Source: Macrostomum lignano
Lineage: Eukaryota
DNA: 64,000 bases
Direction: 5' to 3'
Assembly: GCA_002269645.1 (NCBI GenBank)
Contig: NIVC01001334.1
Coordinates: 186,001 to 250,000 of the forward strand
Part shown: piece after piece, positions 12,001 through 23,261 of the stretch
Layout of the letters: each line of letters begins with the position of its first letter
Numbering within the stretch: the first letter of the stretch is position 1
Position numbers and translations under genes: made by a program
The notes under the pieces: model-generated
Told to the model about the DNA's origin: nothing
Databases searched by the model: none
Seen by the model: the letters and a program-made list of their open reading frames with translations, nothing else

Positions 12001-15000
12001 AATGAGAGCGATTATGTCAGTGTTCGACTCGTTGGGCCAGCTCCTGCTCCACTCAAGTCCTCAGTTCACCGTATCGAGGCCCGGATACGCCTACTTCGGG
12101 GTACTTGAGCAGGCAGCAGAAACGGATGGATCAGCTCAAAGGACTCTTAAGAGTACTCAAGGATCTGTCAAACTGCCACGAATGTCCTCGATCGGCACCA
12201 ACGGCTGCTCAGTTAGGCTTCTCCTTACAGATGCGAATCCCTATCACTGGGACGAAAGCGCTGATCAGCTCTCATCCTCCGTGCTGAGTAACTGGATAAG
12301 CAACTGCTCAGCTCATCGTGTGAAAAGGTCAGCAGCTATCGCAGCTGGTAAAGAGTATTTGATGAAGCTGGATACTGGATCGATGGAGCTAAAAACTGTC
12401 AGGACTACACCTGCTGATCAATCGCTAATGGTATACCACAGCTTTGTTTCAACTGGTGATCCGGTACAACTGATTATCCTGCCAGAAGCTGGAGTCCAGC
12501 TCGAAGTGTTCATCGAGGCCGAAATGAAGCCAGACCCAATGAACTGCACCTGGCAGTACGTGATGCCAAAGACACTCGGTAACGGCAGCAGTGACTCAGC
12601 GATTCTGCTGCCAGCCGATAGCTTCCTGCCAAACCAAACGGTCAATGTTGGGTTGAGACGACTCGGCTGCATTAGAGATGAAAACAGAAATGTAAACTGC
12701 ACTAATCATACTGTTTCGTATAGTTTTGGAATAGTCGTTCAGAACTGCTACGCCTGGAACTCCAGCAGTGACTCGTGGGTTCGATTGAGTAGCGCGGAAT
12801 GCCAGGTGAGTATCAGTTCCTAACGTAAGCAAGTCTTGCTGTGCACACTCGGTGAAGAGGAAGAGTAAATAGTTGATGCAGAATTTCTACGGGAGAGGTC
12901 TAAGAAGAGGATTTTAGATACCCACTGAATTAGGTCAGGCAGACAGACGTAGTTTTGCAAAACATTTTCAGCTTTTAGGACTTTAAAACTTGAAAATATG
13001 TTATTTTCCAGTATATATCAGTTATAACTTCATTTATGTTTTCTTTCAGCCAAACGATGAGGCAACGGCTAGCAAAGCATCATTCCGAGTGAATCTGTTC
13101 GGCAGTTTGGGCGCCGGTGTGTCCTTCGTGCCGAACACCATCGACTTTGGCACTCTATTTGACAACTGGAGCGGCAAACTGGCTGACAGCAGAGCCGTGG
13201 TTGCCACGGTGGCCACGCTTTGGGTTCTGTTTCTGCCATTCGCAGTGCTGCTGCGTCGACTCGACAAGAGGGACGATTCGAGGGTATGGTTCTGACTGCT
13301 TGTTTATTTACAGTGATTAATTAGTACGGTGGCTCTCTGCAGCATTTCCCCACCTTATTCAGTTTCGGTACCTCCCACTGGTTGATGACAAGGCAGAAGC
13401 AGCCAACTACAGGGTTCAAGTGTTTACCGGATCGTATGGTAGTGAGGTACCGCTTGGTGTCTTCTTCACAGTTCGAGGACAGCGCTACAACGACCGAGTG
13501 AGAACCTTAAGTGACGGACTTCGTGAGGTAAGCGAATCGTGGCGCCACTGGGGTGCGACACTTTCACTTAACTCATTCTTCATTATACGTTCCTATTGAC
13601 AGACCATAAGGTTAATGTACATGTAAGAGCTACTCATAATGTGGGGGGGGGCTTTTATTTTTTCCCAGAATTGAGTCGAGGAATATAAAAATTAACCTAT
13701 TTGATCGATTGATTGTAGAATTTCACTCCTGGAAACGTCGATAACCTGTCATTCACCGCTCGAGAGCCACTCGGTGATATCAAGTCTATAAGCCTGTCCT
13801 ACGAGGGCACTCTAAGTGGATCAGGATGCTGGTATCTGGGCAGAGTCATTGTCACCGACTGCTCTACGAACAGGCGTTACATCTTTGTCTGGGAGAATGC
13901 TGTTCCACCGGACGAAGAAATTGTGATTAAGTGCGCGTCTTCTAGCGAGTTGAAGCACACCAAAAACCTGACGCGCAACCACCTCAGCAGGCGGATGCAG
14001 GATGATCACACGTGGCTATCGATTGCTACCAGGAAAACTGAGTCAAATTTCAGTCGTCTTGAGCGGTTTGCTGTCTGTTGGAATTTGCTATTCATGACTA
14101 TGATTGCAAACGCAATGTGGTAGGAGAACTTTTTTCAATTTCAACATTCTCGTGCGATATTCAAATGGCGGTATACAATGATACAGTAGAATATTGCTAT
14201 ATTTCAGGTACGGAGTTGCCGACAACTCATCTGAGATGTTCTCAATAGGACCCTTTAAAGTATCTTACGGCACTCTTATTACGTCAATTCTGGGTAGCCT
14301 GACAGTCATGCCAGTTTCCATGGCAACCGTGATATTGTTTCTAAAGTCTAGGGCAAAGTTGGCTCCCTCTGACTATGAAGTGCCGGAGTCCAGCTCTCCA
14401 GAGGAAAAGAAAACTGAGCATCAGCCGAAACGCATTTTCAATCCGGACTCGACATCATGCGAGGAGCACTCAGTCATTGAACAGCAGGAGACCTCCTGGC
14501 AGCTGCCGCACTGGTGCCGGTATATCGCCTGGGTGCTGCTCCTCTCGAGTGTCGTAACGGCGGGTGTCTTCATCGTTTTCTACGCGATGGATTGGGGACA
14601 GGAGAAATCAGAGGCCTGGCTCATAGCGTTCTTTCTATCGTTTTCTGAAACTGTGCTCATCATCCAGCCACTCAAAGTGCTCCTTATTGGACTCGTTATG
14701 GCTTTGTTCCTTAGAAAAGACTACGACTTGCTTGATTCTTCAAGCATTAGAGTTAGACAAATAGTCGACTCTCAAGGTACGAAAAATGTCTTTGTTTAAG
14801 TAAGTGAGACATCAATTACGAACTGTGCATACATGTAAAAAATTAATTTACAATTTCAGAGCGATTCCTAAACCTGTCCGTCGTTCAGCAAATGGAGGCT
14901 TCAAACGAAATAAGGAAAAAGGCGAAATGCGCTTTGTTTGAAATCATCCTGAGCGTTATTTACATCTTCCTTCTGTACTGCGTCTGCTTCGGATCAATGG

Positions 15001-17178
15001 ACACTGAGTCATTTTATCTGAACCAAAACCTGCGGCGGATGCTCAGGGAAAACAATTCTTCACCGGGATTTAGCCTCAATAAGGTAAGCGTAATTACCAT
15101 TCGCTATACTATTCAACTGTTTGCATCTTACCAACCTAATCAGTGCTAGAATACCTATTTTACTCCAGGTGCAAAAGTACCATGACGTGTACAGTTGGCT
15201 GCAGCATGTCGCGTTGCCAGCGTTCTTTCCGACCAACGCCGTGAATGGCAGGCCGCTGTCAAGTGAGGAGCTGAAATTCATGGCTGACGGAACCGGCTAC
15301 CGACTGGGTCATGTCAGTCTGCGTCAGCTGCGAATCAGACCACACTTTTTAAGGCATTCCGTTGCCGTGTCAGCCAAATTCGGACGGGACTCTGAGGACA
15401 CGGGCTGCTACGATGTTGCTTGGCGAGCTAGTGAGACTTGCAATGAAAGTGACGCGGACCCACTGAAAACTGCGTTTCGGGCCACGCATCTGTCCCGCTG
15501 GTCCACCTTCGGTCAGTACGGATGGTATTCAGGCGGCGGGTACGTGCTGGCTCTGCCAAGCAGCTTCTCACAGGCACTGAGCACAGTCGCTGCGGCTAAG
15601 GAAACTCAGTGGCTCACGAATCTGTCCAGGGCAGTCCTGGTTGAGTCAAATCTATTCTACCCTGACACAAATTTTTTTACCTCGCTCACGGTACTGATTG
15701 AACTGATGCCATTCGGCGGTACAGTCAGCTCGATATCCCTGCACTCCAGCCGTCTCTATCGGTACATCGGCGCCACTGGCGTGTTTCGCCTCTGCGCCGA
15801 GATTCTCACAGCGATCGGCACTCTCCTCCTGCTGGCCAAACAGATCTACAGTTGGAGACTCGAGGGCATCCGGCGATACTCCACCAATATTTGGCACCTG
15901 ATTCGACTCGCCACAGTAGTTGCCATGATAGTCGGTCTCAGCTGCCTGGTGGCCAGAAGCATCATGACCGTCACTGCGCTAGAGGAAGTGCTGAACTCAG
16001 CCACAGGCGTTACGAACGGCCTTACCAGCGTCATGTTTCTGGACGAGTCATTCTACTACTGCCTGGGAGTAGCGATGTTCTTCTCGCAGATCAGCTTTCT
16101 AAACACGGTGAAGTACTCGCGCAGCCTGGCTCACCTGGGTAGAACTCTGCAGAACTCAATCTCGCAGTTTAATTCCTTCGTCTGGGCGTTCCTCATCATT
16201 TTCTTTGCTTTCTGCTTTGCCAGTTATCTGGTGCTGGGCTCCAGCGAACCAGACTACAAGTCAATAACGGATACCGCCTTCACGCAGCTCATTGTTATGC
16301 TTGGAAAGCTGAATGTGAACTTTGGCAACAAGCATTCCATTGTGGCCACGTTCTTGCTGTTTGGCTACTCGCTAATCATGATCTTCATCGCGGTGAACAT
16401 TTTTGTGGCACTGCTAAATGAAAGCTACTATGCTGGACTGGCGGATTTGGCGGCTAGCGAAGAGGATTTTCAGACTCTGGACAGCATCGTGCAGCTGTTC
16501 AAGTCCCTACTGCGAAAGGACGCGGAGCAGGAGTACATTGGCGAGATCGAGACTGACGGTAAGTAAAGTCCGATTCGAAAACACGACTGTATATCGAGCA
16601 CTGTACGTCACATCCAATTGTGATTCAACTGTTTCACACTTTAGTCGGGCGGAACTATTTACAAAATAACAGTACGAATCAATTCAGGGCCAAAATAACA
16701 GTACGAATCAATTCAGGACTAAGAGTGATGCGTAGGCGGACGCGCCGATGAGCAAGGACGGGGGAGTACTATAAATTGTATTCCCGCCCAGGCTGAGCGA
16801 TAATTAATGCGAGGTGTGAATTGCGCGACGAACTTAAAGCATGGTTGCATTCTTTAATTGGAAACACCTGCCTGCAGCTGTTGCATGATTAAAGTGTGTA
16901 ATAAGGACTATTTTTTAAGAGCTATATTTTCTTATCTGAAGACCTTTCTTCATACTCCTAGCAGCTTCTTCGTCAATCGGATCATTCCAGACCCAGTCCG
17001 CCACGTTAACGACGTCCTGGTCTCCCTGACCAGCCGCGCCGAGTCCGAAGACCTGATGGAGCGCCAGCTGGAGAGCTCACTCCGCGCGGCGCTGTTCGCC
17101 CGGCCAACCGGGGGCAGAGACGGTGGGGCGATGGACAGCTCAGCTGCAGTCGGAGTCGAGGATGCAGCGAAAAACTAA
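1..17178 (+). CDS. PKD1L: Polycystin-1-like (PKD1L/REJ family) 11-TM receptor, 5'-truncated by the window edge; 22 exons/exon parts
   Basis: Hand-spliced GT-AG exons: 1-28, 393-803, 2147-2458, 2652-2809, 3848-4001, 4103-4265, 4876-5538, 5635-6407, 6476-6698, 6780-7201, 7354-10509, 10684-10946, 11042-11266, 11564-11689, 11780-12805, 13050-13283, 13363-13527, 13719-14119, 14208-14776, 14860-15083, 15169-16558, 16962/16965-(17029 or 17178). Family motifs: PKD-domain VxYxFxFGDS, REJ 'FECTDWRE', post-GPS 'VPNTIDF', PLAT 'YRVQVFTG...WYLGRVIV', 'NAMWY', TOP-domain 'LRQLRI', 'YSGGGYV', 'WLTNLSRAVLVE'. Phases are consistent except at exons 3848-4001 and 6780-7201 and the last exon. The subfamily number cannot be assigned. 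Confidence 0.93.
393..803 (+). CDS. PKD1L exon: C-type lectin-like domain
   Basis: CPGSSVYLNGLCYY...LCSG...VFVGVVYDNSSDSWV...WDARNPE...STLCE fits the CTLD layout; ttcag acceptor and gtaaaa donor, phase 1-1. Confidence 0.75.
991..1836. repeat. Intronic minisatellite, 18-bp unit TGCTATCTGGGGGATTCT (~47 copies)
   Basis: Tandem units are directly visible; lies in the PKD1L intron 804-2146. Confidence 0.97.
2147..2458 (+). CDS. PKD1L exon: PAN/apple-like domain (frame differs from track ORF 2075..2500)
   Basis: The phase-1 frame reads TTKTRRCRNPYYNVQRGRYLTHG...EALRICLDESVLSRCNYVYW...AISVHCR; 312 nt, open, phase 1-1; C..C spacing is PAN-like. Confidence 0.55.
2652..4265 (+). CDS. PKD1L exons: F5/8 type C (discoidin)-like domain
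   Basis: Ends with NRLKLRNMW...MGVKLDLYG, matching the discoidin C-terminal strand (consensus lRvElyGC). The window's first exon scrap MSIYGC looks like the end of a second copy. Confidence 0.55.
3300..3700. repeat. Intronic minisatellite, 43-bp unit AATGCCTAACTCCAAAACCATAGACGCAATCGATTGCAATACC (~9 copies)
   Basis: Head-to-tail copies with no unique spacers. Confidence 0.95.
4310..4600 (+). mobile_element. tRNA-derived SINE with a CORE/Deu-Nin-like central domain
   Basis: The tRNA-like head has an A box (TAGCTCAGTGG) and B box (GTTCGATTCC) but no closing acceptor stem. It is followed by GTGTCCTTGAGCAGTACACTCAAC...TTCACCCTGCTGTAAAAGGGGTGCCAGC, resembling conserved SINE cores, and an AT-rich tail. 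The family name is from memory of consensus sequences. Confidence 0.8.
4876..5538 (+). CDS. PKD1L exon: divergent fibrinogen-related (FReD) domain
   Basis: FNTGRSLPDYRVGF...FWTGLDFL...LLRVDV...FAWW..DC matches FReD core motifs; 663 nt, phase 1-1. Confidence 0.7.
7354..10946 (+). CDS. PKD1L exons: PKD (Ig-like) repeats and REJ module
   Basis: 3156-nt open exon with NGTDVTYYIW, NGTDVVYDFEFGDS, GNYTVVVNASN, YLVTVEAYNEVS, REJ-type FEWVC and NGPPVGGACTVTP. Confidence 0.88.
12745..16558 (+). CDS. PKD1L exons: GPS-like motif, TM1, PLAT, TM2-5, TOP and channel-like TM6-11
   Basis: CYAWNSSSDSW..C, VPNTIDF, hydrophobic helices, PLAT motifs and polycystin TOP-domain motifs, as listed for the gene. Confidence 0.92.
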
Positions 17179-18181
17179 CACAGCCGCTCATTGACCAAAT
17201 GGAACCAGAAAATTTTCGATATTTATATTTTTATTCCTCTAAAACCTACTCTCGTATCCTGATTAAACTCTTTTTCAATAACAATCCTATCACTGACTTT
17301 TAGTAAAGCAACGTTGAAGTTGGGCACGCCACGTAGTTGTTTTCTCAGTTTACTGAAAGCTTTGAAGCGTTGAGGCTAGATTAATTTGTAGGGCCAGGAC
17401 TAATCTATAGAATCACATATTGCTCATGCAAGGACCAATAGACTTTGTAGTCCTTGTGCTCATGGCTGCCCATATTTAATGCTAATGAATCGTGTCTATC
17501 GTGTCTACTTCAGCTTCTGCTATATACTCCTTAAAACTCAAATCTAACTCGCACATTTACTTTTACAGCTCGTAAAATACGAACATACATCGGAATACTC
17601 AGAAAAATGAATATATTTCTATCTTGCACCAAAGTTCACTTAAATTGCGTTAAAAATCCTATATCTTACAACTGAAATATTCTACCAAGCAAGCAAGTAT
17701 ACATGCACTCCCTACACAAAAAGTCCATTCTCACATTTGCAGAATTTTGTTTGCTCTCAAACATTTCCTGTCGTTCTTTGTTGCATAGTGCCAGTTTCGC
17801 CTGTTGAGCTGTCAAGACCTGTCAAAGAATCCAAAGCAGGTGTCCAATTTCCTAAAAATTTCTCAGCTTTCGTTCTAACGCCTTAAAATCGTAGCCCAGG
17901 CTCTCAGTTAAACCAAATGTGCAAATAGTCGCTGCAGCCTGGGCAAAAAAGAGCATGATATTGGATGAAACCCAGTGACGAGCTGCTTAGGAAAGAGGCT
18001 TCAATGCTTAAGCTAGAGTTTTTTTGGAGAACTGCAACTCATGATGCGACAAGAATGAGCTTTGCGTACAGATAGTTGGCTGATAACCTGGGTGCAGAAT
18101 TCTTTTGACCTGAAAAGCGACAAGGAATCTGGGTATTAGAAAGCAGTCACTGTTAACTGACTTCCATATACTGATATCCAT

Positions 18182-18588
18182 GTATTGGTTTTGTCAGCCT
18201 AACTGAGAATAAAGCCATCCAAAGCGAGAATCCTGCCTACGCTGACTGCGAAGGGCCTGGCTGCGTGCAGCCTTAGTCTATGGGCCATAGACAATAAAGG
18301 ACAAGCAAAGTGATAAAAAGCCGTCCAATGTGAGAATCGATTGGTCTTTTAAAACTTTGCTTGTCCTTTATAGTCTATGGCTCATAGACTAGGCTGGACG
18401 CAGCTAGGCCCTTCGTATTCAGCGTAGGCAGGATTCTCACATTGGATGGCTTTTTATCACTTTGCTTGTCCTTTATAGTCTATGGCCCATATACTAAGGC
18501 TGCACGCAGCCAGGCCCTTCGCAATCAGCGTAGGCAGGATTCTCACTTTGGATGGCTTTATTCTCAGTTAGGCTGACAAAAACAATAC
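18182..18588. mobile_element. Fold-back / MITE-like element with ~155-bp inverted arms
   Basis: 18182-18339 is the reverse complement of 18431-18588 with a few mismatches; the ~90-bp spacer carries a partial extra copy of the arm. Confidence 0.8.
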
Positions 18589-19127
18589 TAATCCATATAC
18601 TGAATATAAAAAGTTTCTATGCATTTATGCATATACGTTATTGAGCATCGCGCGCCGCGTAATCCAGAAGGCTATTCGCAAAGAACGCGACTATCCTGGA
18701 CCAGTTGGAAGCGGTTTGAAACAGTGCAAATTCAGCACAACACACTGGGCTAAGCACTGGCGCTTGCAAGTTCACAAAAGCCAGCTGTTTACTATAAGGA
18801 AAATCGATCACACAATGCAGTCAGTATCGGGCCCGGGTTGAGCCGCTCGGGGAGTTTCTACGACCCCGGCCCTTGCGAACACACATGGCAAAGACATGCC
18901 TCTTACAGTTCAGTCCGCAGAGCGAGCAAAAGCTTCCTAACCAAGCCGAACAATTGATCCGCGTCCACCTCAGCCGCGCGGGCAAAAACTTCCAGCGTGG
19001 CAGGGCAAGTTGGTCCTCAACGGACTCGAGCATAAACTGACGGAATAAAAGCATGCAAGAGTGGTCAGTAGCGGAATCGGTTGCAATAAACTGCAGGAAG
19101 GCATAATCTAACAAGTCAAGAAGCAAA

Positions 19128-19892
19128 ATGCCTGCTGCGTTAAAAACACCAGCAGATGCGGTGAAAGCCGTTGAAAACGGTCAGAAAAAGAAAGCACCAC
19201 TGATGAACAATCGGAATCAGAAGGAATCGAAGAAGAAACCACCACAGAAGGAATTGAAGAAGCAACCACCACAGAAGGAATCGAAGAAGCAACCACCGCA
19301 GAAATCGAAGAAGCAACCACCGCAGAAGGAATCGAAGCAGCAACCACCGCAGAAGGAATCGAAGCAGCAACCACCGCAGAAGGAATCGAAGCAGCAACCA
19401 CCGCAGGAATCAAAGCAGCAACATCTGCAGATGGATCCGAAGCAGCAACCTCAATACACAGAATTCAAGCAGCAGCAGCTTAGGCTTCGGCTGCTTCTCC
19501 TGGCCGCAGTTGTGTCGACCTGCGTTGGCTTATGCCTGGTGGCAGCGATGCTGCTGCTCTACCGAAGCAGGCACAACTTGCAACGCCAGCTGCCACCAAA
19601 CGTGAGCATCCCGGCTAGACAGCTGGTCAACTACGACAACGGCAGCTTCACCAGCAACTGGTGGCGCCTTGACCAGTGCATCCGCAAGCTGAATTGCCCG
19701 CCAGATTTCTTTGCCTGCCGAGCCGTCACGGCGATGCCAGACGACGCCACAGACGCGAATCAATTAAGTGTGCCATTGTACCTGTGGCATCACTTCCTGC
19801 TGCTGGGCTGGGCGCTGTTCACCTGCCATCAGGCGGCCGGCATGCGCCAGCTGTTCCTCACTCCTGTCGGCGTGGCCGGCCAGGGTGACTAA
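19128..19892 (+). CDS. Orphan 254-aa ORF: K/Q/P-rich repeats, one predicted TM helix and a Cys/Trp-containing tail
   Basis: AAAATG start context, (QKESKKQPP)-type 24-bp repeats at ~19215-19410, hydrophobic LLLLAAVVSTCVGLCLVAAMLLLY, GC3-rich codons in the 3' half. No family recognised. Confidence 0.45.
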   Translation: MPAALKTPADAVKAVENGQKKKAPLMNNRNQKESKKKPPQKELKKQPPQKESKKQPPQKSKKQPPQKESKQQPPQKESKQQPPQKESKQQPPQESKQQHLQMDPKQQPQYTEFKQQQLRLRLLLLAAVVSTCVGLCLVAAMLLLYRSRHNLQRQLPPNVSIPARQLVNYDNGSFTSNWWRLDQCIRKLNCPPDFFACRAVTAMPDDATDANQLSVPLYLWHHFLLLGWALFTCHQAAGMRQLFLTPVGVAGQGD

Positions 19893-21761
19893 ATGTCCGA
19901 GAAAGGAATCCTAGAATTCTTCGATATTGCCCCTCAAACAAGCCAATCCAGACCATTCATTGATGCCTGAGTAGAAGCTCAAAAAGAGACTGTTTTAAAG
20001 TGTCACTTTAAATGGCAATTTTAAAGTGACTAGTAATTGTGTTAGTCAGTTATTTAATAATTAAGCCAATCGAGTGGATTAACTTCATTAAAACTGCGAG
20101 AGACCGCAGACTTTTCTATTTAGAAATCAAGTTATGTGGCCTGAATAATTTAGTCAGATTCTGTACTTGATTGCTTTGTAAATTCTAACCAGAGAGAATA
20201 CACTTGGCAACGTGTTAAGTGGGCAACTAACTTTTCTCAGATCTCAGCTACAAGTGACGCAATTCACACAATTTGTTTTGATGCAATTTGGACCCCAGCT
20301 TTGGCTTTTGAGGAGAGAGTGGAAAGTTATAGCTGGAGTTGCATTAAAGCTGCCACGTACTTGCTGACCACTGGTTTTCGGTGTAGAAACGAGGCGAATG
20401 TCTATGACACTTATCTATGGTTGTCTATGGCAAAGTACAAGCCGGGAGCGGAGAATAGTTTTGTGTTGTCTATGGCATTGGGATAGACACGAGTTACACG
20501 CTAAGTTTGGGATACATTTAAAACTTTTACCCACCAACTTGTTTTCTGCCTTTTTGTCTATGGTCCAGTGTAGTTCTATGGCAGTGGCTGCTTTAATCAG
20601 TGAGATGGGCACGCTTAAATTGATTGGCTTAATTATTCTGTCGTAATGACAGCCCTGTACTACTTCTTAACAAATAGAAAACGTAGCTTTTTTGCAGCTT
20701 AGTAGGGCCTACACAGATTGAATGAAGGGCAAAGCTAAAGTTCATTTGTCCGCGGTCGCAAAGTCTGATAACTGTAGCATTTAGCTTGGTCCACTGATCT
20801 TGCGCGTCCGCAGCACAAAAATCGATGCTTACTAATTTGACCAGATTAAGTTCTGTGACAGACTTTGCGACCAAAAAAATGAAAGAATGATTTGCACCTT
20901 GTTTTCCATCACCAAATTTGGATTCCTACGTGTACCTCGAAAATAATTGATTGATGCTTTGGCTCATCTATCCGATAAAGTTTTTTAGTAGTCATATACA
21001 GACCCGAATTATTTAGCAAGGGACAAAAAACTAAAAGTACAAACAAATTAATATTGAGAGCCTGTTCCGTAACTATGATTTATTTTCTTGTGAAATGCAT
21101 AAGTAGCTAATATTGTCAATACAATCAATTTAATAAATAATAGAATTACTGCAAAACGTTGTTTGTCTCATTTCTTAAGCCGATGGTGAAATCACGGCAT
21201 TCTGCTCACAGAAATCAATATATTTTCATCAAATAACTTGCAGTAGCATTTTTACATTCGCAAAATTAACAGACAGATCGACGCACTACAAAAACTGGGT
21301 GCAAAACTGGGACAGGCCAGTGGCCGAAAAAAACAATGCGAAAATGAACACCTTTGCAAAAAACTCAGGACGTCATTCATGGATAAAATATAATTTCACT
21401 CAGATCGCTAGTCAAGCACCATAAAGGAGCTAACAACAAGATTAAAATAGATTTTATTGGGAACAGACAGTGTTGTACAGCGTGCAAGCTAGTGAAATCG
21501 AGCAGAAGAAAAAAGACAATAAAATTTCCTTAATTTAAACAAAAGTGGCAGTTCCGATCGTGAACAGTTTGCGATAAAAAACAACACGAAGAAATACTCG
21601 GATCGATTTACAAACAGAATAAACACTACGGGCACCAGAACACAAACTATGCAGTTTCAAAGGGGAATGCTTCCTATCATACTATTAATTATTAATGTCT
21701 TGATTGCTGCACAAACATTGGACGCTGCGGTTACTTGTTAGAAAATTTGGTGGACAAAATT

Positions 21762-22269
21762 GAAACGGAGAACAGGGGTTGAGAGAAACGGAGAACAGGG
21801 GTTGAGAGAAACGGAGAACAGGGGTTGAGAGAAACGGAGAACAGGGGTTGAGAGAAACGGAGAACAGGGGTTGAGAGAAACGGAGAACAGGGGTTGAGAG
21901 AAACGGAGAACAGGGGTTGAGAGAAACGGAGAACAGGGGTTGAGAGAAACGGAGAACAGGGGTTGAGAGAGACGGAGAACAGGGGTTGAGAGAGACGGAG
22001 AACAGGGGTTGAGAGAAACGGAGAACAGGGGTTGAGAGAGACGGAGAACAGGGGTTGAGAGAACGGAGAACAGGGGTTGAGAGAGACGGAGAACAGGGGT
22101 TGAGAGAGACGGAGAACAGGGGTTGAGAGAGACGGAGAACAGGGGTTGAGAGAGACGGAGAACAGGGGTTGAGAGAAACGGAGAACAGGGGTTGAGAGAG
22201 ACGGAGAACAGGGGTTGAGAGAGACGGAGAACAGGGGTTGAGAGAAACGGAGAACAGGGGTTGAGAGAC
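21762..22269. repeat. Minisatellite, 23-bp unit ACGGAGAACAGGGGTTGAGAGA(A/G) (~22 copies)
   Basis: Directly visible. Confidence 0.97.
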
Positions 22270-22983
22270 GAGGCCGCCCAGAGAGAAGAGATGATGCAGA
22301 GAGAGAATTGCATAATCGTGAAATTCAACCGGAATCAGCGCATTTAAACAAACTGTTAAGCTTAAAAACAAAGACAGTTCTATAGCTACAAATGGAATTA
22401 ATGTGCAGAGTTACAATCAGCGGCTTCCTAATTAGCTTATTTACCTGAGCGCCAGAGCTTTAATACCCGCTATAACCCCCCCCCCCAAATGGCATTAGAA
22501 AAGTCAGACAGAAATGCTGCACAGACACTGATTGGAAAACACGAAGTAGCTGTAGATAAATACGGTGATTTAGCAAGAAAAAGACAATATAAAAAATTAG
22601 TCAATATTGAGCTTGTCAATAAACGGAGGACGCGTCGGGAACAGCACATAACAGCACGGTTACACAGCCGGGGTAATGCTCACCGTCACATAGGCTGGCA
22701 AGACACACAAAACGTACAGAACAGAATAATGATCAATGCATCCACAGAAAACTCAATACACTACAGTATAATGTGAACAATTTCAAATAAAAAAGTTGGG
22801 ATTGAATAAAATTAACAAACATGAAATCAGTATTAACAGATGAGAAGCAATACTAGGCTTGCCGGGCTGCTCCTACGAAACTGCTGCGAAATTTTGTCAG
22901 AAATAACATAACAGAACAGGCCGGGGCTTTGACAATGATTGGCGGGGGTTTCTAATACATACATTTTAACAAGTTGCCTGATT

Positions 22984-23060
22984 TTATCTGTCTATCTGTC
23001 TATCTATCTATCTGACTGTCTGTGTCTGTCTGTCTTTCTGTCTGTGTCTGTCTGTCTGTG

Positions 23061-23105
<45 letters not shown>

Positions 23106-23182
23106 GTCTATCTGTCTATCTATCTATCTGTCTGTCTATCTATCTATCTGTCTATCTGTCTATCTATCTGTCTATCTATCTA
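22984..23182. repeat. (TCTG/TCTA)n microsatellite just downstream of the nuclear receptor stop
   Basis: Directly visible. Confidence 0.97.
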
Positions 23183-23261
23183 TCAAGAAATCAATCAATC
23201 AATATACTATCCACCAGATATTTAACAGCCCAGAGCTGCAGCCAGCTGCGGCATCCCTGAG

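Noticed and set aside
17500-18160. Coding-like intergenic stretch on the minus strand
   Set aside because: Stops in all frames and no recognisable motif
20240-20900. Short ORFs and a recurring GTCTATGG word
   Set aside because: No family motif or consistent splice chain; probably decayed repeat DNA
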